This document shows positions 41,752-50,365 of a stretch of DNA of 64,000 nucleotides, piece after piece (position 1 is the stretch's first letter; every line of letters starts with the position of its first letter). The position numbers and the translations under genes are program-made. Under the pieces are notes generated by a model, which did no database searches, was not told where the DNA came from, and worked only from the letters and a program-made list of their open reading frames with translations. This DNA is from Candidatus Levyibacteriota bacterium (GTDB taxonomy: Bacteria > Patescibacteriota > Microgenomatia > Levybacterales > UBA12049), in assembly GCA_963716145.1 (NCBI GenBank), contig OY970292.1, positions 140,104 to 204,103 of the forward strand, read 5' to 3'.

Positions 41752-43422
41752 GTGCCCCTAACAAAAATTAAAAATAACAAAACTAAATATATATTTGTTT
41801 CCGGTGGTGTCATATCTGGCATTGGCAAAGGTACAACTGCCGCCTCAATTGCTTATCTTCTCAAATCCGCAGGATACAAAGTAGCACCGCTTAAGTTTGA
41901 AAATTATCTCAACATTGACGCAGGCACTATTAACCCCATTGAGCATGGAGATCCATTTTTGTGTGAAGACGGCACAGAAGGAGACATGGATATCGGAACA
42001 TATGAAAAATTTCTGAGCGAAGATATGGGGAAAGAAAATTTCATCACAATGGGAAGAATCTATAAAACAGTTATTGACCGCGAGAGAAGATTTGAATATA
42101 ACGGAGAAGATGTTGAAGCTATTCCTCACATAACGGATGAAATAACAAGAAGAATAAAAGATGTTGCCGATAAAACTCATCCAGATATAATTCTTATAGA
42201 GCTTGGCGGAACTGCCGGTGAGTATCAAAATGTATTTTATTATGAAGCATCTCGTATCTTGACTTTGAAAAATCCCGGAGATGTTATACATATTCATGTG
42301 AGCTATGTTCCGACTCCGTCTCACCTAGGAGAGCCAAAGACCAAGCCAACGCAACTATCGGTGAGAACCCTTAATTCTTTGGGCATTCAGCCCGATTTTA
42401 TAGTTGCAAGGTCAAATAATTATCTGGATAAAAGGCGCCGGGATAGGTTCGCTCTTTTCTGCAATATGCTTCCTGAAGATATTATTTCAAATCCTGATCT
42501 GGAATCTGTGTATGAAATTCCTTTGATGCTTCAAAAACAGGATCTTGATAAAAGAATACTTCAAAAACTTAATTTGCCGGTTAAAAAAGCCAATATAAAA
42601 GAATGGGACGATCTAGTTGAAAGAATTAAAGCCAAGAAGTCAAAGGCAGTGGAGGTTGCAATAGTCGGTAAGTATTTCGGAACAGGGGATTATCAGCTGC
42701 GCGATTCTTATGCTGCCTTGCTTGACGCAATAGATCACGCAAGTTGGCAATTGGGAACAGAGGTAAAAGTAAAATGGATTGACGCCGAAGCTGTTGAAAA
42801 AAACGGAGTTGCTAAAACAATCGGGACACCGGATGGAATAATCGTTCCTATTGGTTGGGGAGAAAGAGGAGCCGAAGGGATGATAATGGCAGCCGATTAT
42901 GCAAGAATAAATAAAATTCCATATTTGGGGCTTTGTTATGGAATGCAGCTTGCGGTAGTAGCGTTTGCGCGTTCGGTACTTGGTTTTCCGGATGCGAATA
43001 CAACAGAAAATAATCCCAAAACAACAAATCCCGTAATTTATCTTATACCTTCTCAAAAGGCACTTATGGAAACCCGCGCTTATGGTGGTACGATGAGGCT
43101 GGGGACTTGGGACGCGGTCGTTAAAAAAGGAACAAGGGCCTGGGATCTGTACGATAAGTATAATCAATTTGTAAATAAAGAAAAAGGGATCACTAGCGAG
43201 AGACATAGACACCGTTATGAATTTAATGGTAAGTACGCGGAAGAATTTGAAAAAAATGGTTTGGTGATCAGCGCAAGATCTGTAAAAGAGGGATTGGTTG
43301 AGATAATTGAAGTACCGGATCATCCATTTTATCTTGGAACACAAGGGCACCCTGAATATAAAAGCCGACCTTTAAAACCCCATCCAATTTTCTTAGGTTT
43401 TATTGAAGCAGCCACGAAGTAA
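41752..43422 (+). CDS. pyrG: CTP synthase
   Basis: 556 aa with N-terminal synthetase domain KYIFVSGGVISGIGKG and a C-terminal GATase with GLCYGMQ...H..E. Confidence 0.95.
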   Translation: MPLTKIKNNKTKYIFVSGGVISGIGKGTTAASIAYLLKSAGYKVAPLKFENYLNIDAGTINPIEHGDPFLCEDGTEGDMDIGTYEKFLSEDMGKENFITMGRIYKTVIDRERRFEYNGEDVEAIPHITDEITRRIKDVADKTHPDIILIELGGTAGEYQNVFYYEASRILTLKNPGDVIHIHVSYVPTPSHLGEPKTKPTQLSVRTLNSLGIQPDFIVARSNNYLDKRRRDRFALFCNMLPEDIISNPDLESVYEIPLMLQKQDLDKRILQKLNLPVKKANIKEWDDLVERIKAKKSKAVEVAIVGKYFGTGDYQLRDSYAALLDAIDHASWQLGTEVKVKWIDAEAVEKNGVAKTIGTPDGIIVPIGWGERGAEGMIMAADYARINKIPYLGLCYGMQLAVVAFARSVLGFPDANTTENNPKTTNPVIYLIPSQKALMETRAYGGTMRLGTWDAVVKKGTRAWDLYDKYNQFVNKEKGITSERHRHRYEFNGKYAEEFEKNGLVISARSVKEGLVEIIEVPDHPFYLGTQGHPEYKSRPLKPHPIFLGFIEAATK

Positions 43423-43449
43423 TATTTAGAATAAAGAATTAAGAAGTAA

Positions 43450-43580
43450 GAATCAAGGCCAATTTTCAATTTAAAATTCGAAATTTTCAATGAAATAGCA
43501 ATTTGAAATATTTTAAAAATTAAACATTGAAACATTCAATAAAAATTGAAAACTGAAAATTGAAAATTAAATCTTGAGTT
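43450..43580. repeat. AT-rich intergenic repeat element, copy B (same family as 31715-31830)
   Basis: ccaattttcaatttaaaattcgaaattttcaatgaaatagcaatttgaaata...cattgaaacattcaataaaaattgaaaactgaaaattgaaaatt shares both terminal modules with copy A. Confidence 0.7.
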
Positions 43581-43611
43581 ACCATTTCATTTCCGCTATA
43601 ATACATATACT

Positions 43612-43902
43612 ATGTTGCAAGTTATTAATTTCGTTCCCGGAGATATTGTAAAAGTTCATCAGAAAATTCAGGAGGGTGAAAAAACACGTATTCAGATTTT
43701 CAAAGGAACAGTTTTGCAGATCAGAGGTCGTGGAATAAACAAAATGTTCACAGTTCAGAAAAAGGTAGGGCAAATAGCTGTTGAGAGAATCTGGCCAGTA
43801 AATTCCCCAAATGTTTCACTTGTTGAAGTGGCTGAACATTCAAAGAAAAAAATAAGACGCGCAAAGCTTAATTACCTCAAGGTCCCCAAAGCTAAGGTTT
43901 AG
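43612..43902 (+). CDS. rplS: 50S ribosomal protein L19 (bL19)
   Basis: The KVHQKIQEGEKTRIQIFKGTVLQIRGRG signature. A TTGAGT-N17-TATAAT promoter ends 9 nt before the ATG, so the mRNA may be leaderless. Confidence 0.92.
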   Translation: MLQVINFVPGDIVKVHQKIQEGEKTRIQIFKGTVLQIRGRGINKMFTVQKKVGQIAVERIWPVNSPNVSLVEVAEHSKKKIRRAKLNYLKVPKAKV

Positions 43903-43945
43903 TTTTCATAAAATCCCAATTTATTTTTTCTGCTAATATTAATTA

Positions 43946-44308
43946 ATGTTTAAGCGAAAACTTGATGAAGGAAATAGGGGAGAGGAGATTGCTGCCAAGT
44001 ATCTTACGGATAATGGTTACAAAATTATTGCTAGAAATTTCAGAATTAGAGGAGGAGAAATTGATATTATCGCAATAGATGGTGATATATTGGCATTTAT
44101 CGAGGTGAAAACCCGTACCTCAAATCAATTCGGGACAGGACTTGAAGCAATAGGCTTTTGGAAACTTAAGGCGCTTGTCAAAACTGCTCAGATATATAAA
44201 ACAACGCATTCAAATTTGCCCGAGGCAATGAGAATAGACGCCGTAGTGGTGATGCTGAATAAATTTAATGAAACAGACTCAATTGAGCTTGTAAAAAATA
44301 TCAGTTGA
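43946..44308 (+). CDS. yraN: YraN family (UPF0102) endonuclease-like protein
   Basis: GEEIAAKYLTDNGYKIIARNFRIRGGEIDIIAIDGDILAFIEVKTR matches the UPF0102 signature. Confidence 0.8.
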   Translation: MFKRKLDEGNRGEEIAAKYLTDNGYKIIARNFRIRGGEIDIIAIDGDILAFIEVKTRTSNQFGTGLEAIGFWKLKALVKTAQIYKTTHSNLPEAMRIDAVVVMLNKFNETDSIELVKNIS

Positions 44309-44337
44309 AGCTATAATTGTGACAACGCAAATAAAAT

Positions 44338-45741
44338 ATGATAAAAAATAAGCATGTCAAAATAGTTGCTACGTTGGGTCCTGCGTCCGATAGTTACAAT
44401 ATGGTTCTCGCTCTGGCAAAAGCAGGCGTTGATATTTTTCGTATAAATCTATCCCACGCAACAGAGCAGGAAATATCCAGTAGGTTTCAAGTCGTAAGAA
44501 AAGCTGAGAGAGAGTTGGGTAGACCTCTCTCAATTATGGGGGATCTTGCAGGTTTGAAAATTAGAATAGGCGAGATCGCACCCAATTCTGTTTTGGAAAA
44601 AGGAAAATCAGTCAAAATTGTAAAAGAAAAAATTAAAGGTGATGCTGAAAAATTTTCACTCAATTTTCCCTCCATTGTTGAATATGTCGAGCCAGGCTCA
44701 ATTATATACATAGATGACGGAGCAATAAAGCTTAAGGCCGGTAAAAAAGACAAAAATGGCATACTAGCAACCGTTGTTGTTGGCGGTCCGCTTTCTTCAC
44801 GAAAAGGTTTTCTTTCAGAAGGACTTGCATTGGGGAAAGTCGGAATTTCTGAAAAAGACAAAAAATCAATAAAATTAATGGTGAAAATGGGCGTTGATAC
44901 AATTGCTATCTCGTTTGTACAAAATGCTGACGATGTACTTGAGGTAAAAAAGCTTCTTCCAAAAGATTCCCAAATTATGCTTATGTCCAAAATTGAGACA
45001 GCATCTGGTGTTGAGAATGCAGAGGAGATTGTGGAGACATCCGATGGGATAATAATTGCGCGGGGAGATATGGGGCTTTCAATTCCTCTGGCAAAAGTTC
45101 CCCATGTGCAAAAAACTTTGATAAAACTTGCATTAAGAAAAGCCAAACCAGTTGTCACAGCGACTCAGATGCTCGAATCAATGGTTTCAAGGTCAATGCC
45201 TACACGGGCAGAAGTGACTGATGTAGCAAACGCGATTCTGGATGGAACAGGATGTCTCATGCTCTCTGCAGAAACGGCAACAGGCATGTTTCCGCTAGAA
45301 ACTGTTGAGACTATGGTGAGAATTATTAATGAATCTATTCAGTATTTAGAGCCCATGCATTTCCCAGAAGACAATATGATCGGGGATGCAGTAAGTGCTG
45401 CAGCAGGTCAAATAGCACGCCAGACAGGCGCAAAGCTTATAATAGTCTATACGGAAAAAGGTATAACTGCCCGAAAAATTTCGCGTCATAGACATAAGCA
45501 CACTATAGTTGCTTTATCGTCCAATAACGCGACCGTACACAAGCTCAATTTTGCGTGGGGGGTTTATCCGCATTTAATTGGCAATATAACCGAATTTGAA
45601 GTTATATTAAGCAAAGCACGAGAAATGGCAAAAAATAACAGAGTTTTGCCCCTTTCGAAAGGGGACATGTACGTAATTGCGGCAGGAGTACCATATGGTA
45701 AATCAGGAAATACAAACTTTATATATGTTGACAAGGCGTAA
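44338..45741 (+). CDS. pyk: Pyruvate kinase
   Basis: 467 aa with KIVATLGPAS, the barrel and lid domains, and the MLSAETA...G motif. Confidence 0.92.
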   Translation: MIKNKHVKIVATLGPASDSYNMVLALAKAGVDIFRINLSHATEQEISSRFQVVRKAERELGRPLSIMGDLAGLKIRIGEIAPNSVLEKGKSVKIVKEKIKGDAEKFSLNFPSIVEYVEPGSIIYIDDGAIKLKAGKKDKNGILATVVVGGPLSSRKGFLSEGLALGKVGISEKDKKSIKLMVKMGVDTIAISFVQNADDVLEVKKLLPKDSQIMLMSKIETASGVENAEEIVETSDGIIIARGDMGLSIPLAKVPHVQKTLIKLALRKAKPVVTATQMLESMVSRSMPTRAEVTDVANAILDGTGCLMLSAETATGMFPLETVETMVRIINESIQYLEPMHFPEDNMIGDAVSAAAGQIARQTGAKLIIVYTEKGITARKISRHRHKHTIVALSSNNATVHKLNFAWGVYPHLIGNITEFEVILSKAREMAKNNRVLPLSKGDMYVIAAGVPYGKSGNTNFIYVDKA

Positions 45742-46052
45742 AATACGTTTTACAAAACCGCTGAAGGAAAATTCCGCTTGAGACAGTTGAGATGATGAAG
45801 GGAATTGGTGATGAAGCCTAAAAATGGTTAAGGCTTGCTTATTCTTCCCTGTCTAGAGTCCTGGTGGCTCATCGGTATTGAATGGTTGAATATCGCATTG
45901 GTTTTCCGGTTTTGCTGATGGTGTAGCTCAAACCCGATACTCCTAATAGGACGTTTTGGATGTTTTTTCGGCACTCGCCATGACGGCGCTTCCCTTCTCT
46001 CATGCCAATGCTCAGCATTCATATTTTGATTATATCAGTAGGTTTAGAAAAC

Positions 46053-48047
46053 TCAAATTTTCTTTTTAATTTTATTAACTTCATCCCTGAGGTGGATGGC
46101 TGCTTCAAAGTCCAATCTTTCCGCTGCTAATTTCATTTCGCGACGTAAGCGTTTTATGACATTTTCTTTCTCATCAGGCAGAAGAACATCTTTTTTGGTT
46201 TGCTCCATCAGAAACTCCATTGATTTATCAGCCTCAACTTGTTGCTCAACCAGTTTGGCACGGATATCTTTTATGATTCCTTCAGGTGTTATTCCATGCT
46301 TTTTATTGTATGCAAGCTGTATCTCGCGTCTTCTCTCAACCTCCTCGATTGCTTCTTTCATCGAGCCTGTCATATTATCGGCGTACAAAATCACCTGCGC
46401 TTCAACGTGTCTTGCCGCCCGGCCCATGGTCTGAATCAAAGAAGTTCTGCTTCTCAAAAATCCTTCTTTATCAGCGTCCAATATGGCGACGAGTGAGACT
46501 TCCGGCAGATCAAGTCCTTCACGAAGTAAATTTATACCAATCAAAACGTCATAATTTCCAAGCCTTAGATTATCCAAGACGTCTTGGCGTTCAAGCGTCG
46601 CGATATCAGAATGCAAATAGGCAACTTTCATTTGTCTTTCTTCCAGGTAGCTTGTCAGTTCCTCAGCCATTCTCTTGGTCAAGGTAGTCACCAGAACTCT
46701 TTGGTTTTTTTTTGTGCGTTTTTCAATCTCAGTGATCAAGTCATTTATTTGCCCCTTTGATTCTTTAACTGTGATAATTGGATCAACTAATCCGGTTGGT
46801 CGGATCAGCTGTTCCACAACTCCGTCTTTGGCCTCTTTTGCCAGTGATACTTCGTAATCGTTTGGGGTTGCCGAGACATAAACAATTTGATTGGTTTTTC
46901 TCATAAATTCTTCAAATTTCAGCGGTCGATTGTCAAGAGCTGAGGGAAGACGAAATCCATAATCAATAAGAGTTTGTTTGCGCGCTTGGTCACCATTATA
47001 CATTCCGCGGAGTTGTGGGAGCGTGATGTGTGATTCGTCGATCAACAAAAGCCAATCATCTGAGGCGTGAGTAAAATAATCAATAAGCGAATATGGAGGT
47101 TGACCCGGTAATCTTCCATCAAAATACGTTGAGTAATTTTCAATTCCGTTTACATATCCTACCTCTTTGATCATTTCCATATCATAATTGGTCCTCTGCT
47201 TGAGTCTTTGGGCCTCAAGAAGCTTGCCCTCGCCTTTCAGTTTTGCTAGTTGAGCGTCAAGATCGCGGTTTATTTTCGCGAACGCGTCTTCATACGTCCT
47301 CGGGTCAGTCATATAATGCTTGGCGGGATAAATTACGGTCGCATCAAGCGGTTTTAGAATCTCGCCCGTCAAAGGATTAAATTCGTACATTTTGGTCAAC
47401 TTATCATCTGTTTCCATTCTGATTCCGTGATCTACGTATGCTGGGAAAAGATCAATTGTATTTCCGCGAATTCTGTACGAGCCGCGCTTGAACTCATAAT
47501 CGTTTCTTGAGTATTGAAGATCTGAAAGACGCAGCATTATATCCTGTTGGCGGATTTTCATTCCTGTTGCCAGTTCCAAGACGAATTTTCCGTATTCAAC
47601 GGGGGAGCCAAGATTGTAAATGCAGGAAACTGATGCGACTACTATTACGTCTTTACGGGTTAAAAGATTTGCCGTAGCAGCCAGACGGAGTTTGTCTATT
47701 TCCTCATTTATCTCGGCCTCCTTCTCGATATAAGTATCAGTTGTCGGGACATAGGCTTCAGGCTGGTAATAGTCGTAATAAGAAACAAAATAACTAACCG
47801 CGTTATCCGGAAAAAAGTCGCGGAATTCCTGATAAAGTTGTCCGGCAAGGGTTTTGTTGTGGGAAATAACAAGAGTCGGGCGCAAGACATTCTGAATTAC
47901 ATTGGCCATGGTGTAGGTTTTGCCACTTCCGGTAACACCAAGAAGAACCTGATTCTTTACATCATTTTCAAGATTTTTTGTAAGCTTCTCAATTGCGGCC
48001 GGTTGGTCTCCTGTAGGTTTAAATTTGGATTTTAACTTAAAATTCAT
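46053..48047 (-). CDS. uvrB: Excinuclease ABC subunit B
   Basis: Helicase motifs GVTGSGKT and DESH, plus a C-terminal UVR domain. The conserved start MNFKLKSKFKPTGDQP is at 48047; the ORF track extends 40 codons further upstream. Confidence 0.95.
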   Translation of the reverse strand: MNFKLKSKFKPTGDQPAAIEKLTKNLENDVKNQVLLGVTGSGKTYTMANVIQNVLRPTLVISHNKTLAGQLYQEFRDFFPDNAVSYFVSYYDYYQPEAYVPTTDTYIEKEAEINEEIDKLRLAATANLLTRKDVIVVASVSCIYNLGSPVEYGKFVLELATGMKIRQQDIMLRLSDLQYSRNDYEFKRGSYRIRGNTIDLFPAYVDHGIRMETDDKLTKMYEFNPLTGEILKPLDATVIYPAKHYMTDPRTYEDAFAKINRDLDAQLAKLKGEGKLLEAQRLKQRTNYDMEMIKEVGYVNGIENYSTYFDGRLPGQPPYSLIDYFTHASDDWLLLIDESHITLPQLRGMYNGDQARKQTLIDYGFRLPSALDNRPLKFEEFMRKTNQIVYVSATPNDYEVSLAKEAKDGVVEQLIRPTGLVDPIITVKESKGQINDLITEIEKRTKKNQRVLVTTLTKRMAEELTSYLEERQMKVAYLHSDIATLERQDVLDNLRLGNYDVLIGINLLREGLDLPEVSLVAILDADKEGFLRSRTSLIQTMGRAARHVEAQVILYADNMTGSMKEAIEEVERRREIQLAYNKKHGITPEGIIKDIRAKLVEQQVEADKSMEFLMEQTKKDVLLPDEKENVIKRLRREMKLAAERLDFEAAIHLRDEVNKIKKKI

Positions 48048-48136
48048 GACAAGCCATTCTACCACATAATTGCAAATGTGACATATTTGTTTTTTTATTT
48101 TGACCCCTTTTGCATCTCTTTGACTGATTGACAAAA

Positions 48137-48156
48137 ATATACGAAATGTCGTATAT
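48137..48156. promoter_or_regulatory. Candidate LexA operator (SOS box): ATATACGA-AATG-TCGTATAT palindrome within the lexA promoter
   Basis: Perfect 8-bp inverted arms with a 4-nt spacer, sitting between a TTGACA -35 box (48129-48134) and a TATATT -10 box, ~40 nt upstream of lexA and inside the uvrB-lexA divergent region. A second palindrome AAATGTGACATATTT lies at ~48070 on the uvrB side. Confidence 0.4.
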
Positions 48157-48194
48157 TTTTTATACACCCTTCGACATAGCTCAGGGTAAACTAT

Positions 48195-48821
48195 ATGCCA
48201 GGAGTATTATACAGTAAAGAAAGAGTTGTTCTGGAATTTCTTGTGCAATTTCAAGCCAAGCATGGGTATGCTCCAACTTTGAAAGAAATTGCCAGCGCCA
48301 CTGGGCACAAAAGCGTTTCAACAATTTATGTTTTGATCAGAAGCCTAGTTGATAAAGGTTATGTTCAAAAGGTTGATGGTAATTCACGGGTCCTCAAAGT
48401 AATGGATGAGAGCATTGTTTCCAAATTTATGGGAACAGAACCATCAATAGAGCTTCCGTTGATGGGCTATATCGCGGCTGGTAAGCCTCTTGAGCCCCAT
48501 ACGGATCCTAATGCAACTTTTCAAGTGTCAGCATCCATGCTCTCAGGTACAAAGACATCCTACGCCTTGCAGGTAAAAGGTGAGTCAATGATAGAGGAAG
48601 GGATTTTGGATGGAGATTTTGTGGTGATTGAGAAAGTCCAGGAAGCAAGAAATGGCGAGATCGTAGTGGCACTGGTCGATGATAATCTGGCAACACTTAA
48701 AAAATACTTCAAAGAAGGTGAAGTGGTTGTTTTGCGTCCGGCAAATTCCGCAATGGATCCGATCTACCCAAAACAGCTTAAGATTCAAGGCAAAGTTGTT
48801 GGTCTGGTCCGCAGATATTGA
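48195..48821 (+). CDS. lexA: LexA repressor (S24 peptidase)
   Basis: N-terminal winged HTH, cleavage site AG, and Ser/Lys dyad (GESMIEEGI...KKY). Confidence 0.9.
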   Translation: MPGVLYSKERVVLEFLVQFQAKHGYAPTLKEIASATGHKSVSTIYVLIRSLVDKGYVQKVDGNSRVLKVMDESIVSKFMGTEPSIELPLMGYIAAGKPLEPHTDPNATFQVSASMLSGTKTSYALQVKGESMIEEGILDGDFVVIEKVQEARNGEIVVALVDDNLATLKKYFKEGEVVVLRPANSAMDPIYPKQLKIQGKVVGLVRRY

Positions 48822-48944
48822 CCCCCCTTTTTTTGTTATACTGAATTTAGTTCAGCATATTTTTTAGATCCTGAAACACATTCGCTACGTTCAGTGCGAG
48901 AACCTGCTTTGCAGGCAAGTTCAGGATGACACTTTTACACGGTT

Positions 48945-49679
48945 ATGGTAAGATTGTCCCATTCTATGGGTACACTTTATATTGTTCCAACTCCAATTGG
49001 CAATCTCAAAGATATAACGTTTAGAGCAGTAGAGGTTTTGTTCCAAGTTGATGTTATAGCTTGTGAGGACACAAGAAGAACCGGTTTACTCCTGCAAAAA
49101 ATCCGGGAAATGCAAAGCGCAATCGAGGGCAGTCAGCATCCGCCATTAATTTCATATTATGAACAAAATGAATTACAGAGAATCCCTGAAATTATAAATC
49201 TGCTTCAAAACGGACAGAATGTGGCACTTGTTTCGGACGCGGGAACACCAGCAATTTCAGATCCTGGGTTTAAGCTGATCCGTGAATGCGCGAAACAAAA
49301 AATAAAAATCGAATCTCTTCCCGGTGCCTCGTCGCCACTAGTTGCCCTTGCCGTATCAGGTCTGCCAACCGATAAATTTACATTCGCTGGCTATCCGCCA
49401 AGAAAACCGGGACATAGAAAGACTTTTTTTGAAAATATTAAAAAGTCTCAGGAATTTCTCAAGACAACTGTAATTCTATTCGAAGCTCCACACAAATTAC
49501 TAAAAACACTGGGAGAAATGCAGGAAATCCTGGGAGACATTGACATCGTCATTGCCCGCGAGCTTACCAAGATTCATGAAGAAATAAGGCGCGAAAAAAT
49601 CTCGGTAAGTCTGGCACATTTCAATAAAAAGCCTCCGAAAGGGGAGATTGTGGTTTTATTTAACTTAAATTTAGGCTAA
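48945..49679 (+). CDS. rsmI: 16S rRNA (cytidine1402-2'-O)-methyltransferase
   Basis: GTLYIVPTPIGNLKDITFRAVEVLFQVDVIACEDTRRTGLLL is the tetrapyrrole-methylase-fold RsmI signature. An alternative start is at 48966. Confidence 0.85.
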   Translation: MVRLSHSMGTLYIVPTPIGNLKDITFRAVEVLFQVDVIACEDTRRTGLLLQKIREMQSAIEGSQHPPLISYYEQNELQRIPEIINLLQNGQNVALVSDAGTPAISDPGFKLIRECAKQKIKIESLPGASSPLVALAVSGLPTDKFTFAGYPPRKPGHRKTFFENIKKSQEFLKTTVILFEAPHKLLKTLGEMQEILGDIDIVIARELTKIHEEIRREKISVSLAHFNKKPPKGEIVVLFNLNLG

Positions 49680-49733
49680 AAATTCTGATGGTAGAATGTG
49701 TTAAAATATATCTATTAGTTATTACTTCAATTT

Positions 49734-49946
49734 GTGCTTATGAGCCCTGAAAAGTCTTTAATGCGAAGTAAAAGCAAGCAAGTGGTCAATTTTCATCCAG
49801 AAGGATCCTTTTGGGAGCATCTAATTACAATGCATGGTCGTGATCCAAATGAAGAGCATGTAGAAGTTTTACATGGATTAGATCATGCTCCAGTCGGTAA
49901 AAAAACTCACGAACTCCAATTTCCGTTTGTAAAACATTCCCACTAA
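49734..49946 (+). CDS. Hypothetical small His-rich protein (70 aa)
   Basis: ORF only; I recognise no family. Coding status is uncertain. Confidence 0.3.
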   Translation: MLMSPEKSLMRSKSKQVVNFHPEGSFWEHLITMHGRDPNEEHVEVLHGLDHAPVGKKTHELQFPFVKHSH

Positions 49947-49966
49947 TATTATTTATGCTTTAGCCC

Positions 49967-50362
49967 TTGAGCATAGGCTTATTTTTTGATAGAAGGTCTT
50001 TTATTATGGGAGCAGAACGAGAAAGCATTGATAGAGTAAGGGCCAATGCGCAAGTTAGTCCAACGCTGAAAAATAAAGTCATTCTGCTAGTTCGGGAGCA
50101 TGAGGAAATAAAGGGAAAACCTGGTATTAGAGCAAGAAGAAAAGCGAAAAGGGAACTTTTTGACACGCTTGGGGTAGAAATTGTTGCAGATATTAGGCAA
50201 CAGGATATTAGTTTATGGCATGTCTTAAAAGCGAGTAAAAGGGATGGAAATTTCACGGTATGGTCAATGATTAAGCCCCTTCATGGAGCACAAGTAAGAG
50301 TTGGCGAAGCTAAAAAAATTATCGCGGCGGAGAAAAAAAGTGTTTTAAGACCTAATTTGTAA
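49967..50362 (+). CDS. Hypothetical basic protein (131 aa; an alternative start at MGAERES gives ~118 aa)
   Basis: ORF with plausible coding composition and higher GC than the flanks; I recognise no family. Confidence 0.35.
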   Translation: MSIGLFFDRRSFIMGAERESIDRVRANAQVSPTLKNKVILLVREHEEIKGKPGIRARRKAKRELFDTLGVEIVADIRQQDISLWHVLKASKRDGNFTVWSMIKPLHGAQVRVGEAKKIIAAEKKSVLRPNL

Positions 50363-50365
50363 ACA

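Noticed and set aside
42640-43350. 236-aa minus-strand ORF inside pyrG, and similar antisense ORFs (748-1080, 5415-5909, 44487-45158, 3833-4345)
   Set aside because: They are entirely embedded antisense to strongly supported conserved genes and have Cys/Ile-rich AT-biased composition. They are spurious.
45828-46022. 64-aa ORF on the minus strand in the pyk-uvrB gap
   Set aside because: Arbitrary composition (Arg/His/Pro-rich) and no start context. The region is more plausibly non-coding or structured RNA.
46053-48167. 40-codon N-terminal extension of uvrB in the ORF track
   Set aside because: The conserved UvrB N-terminus MNFKLKSKF begins at 48047. The extension reads through the uvrB-lexA promoter and operator region.
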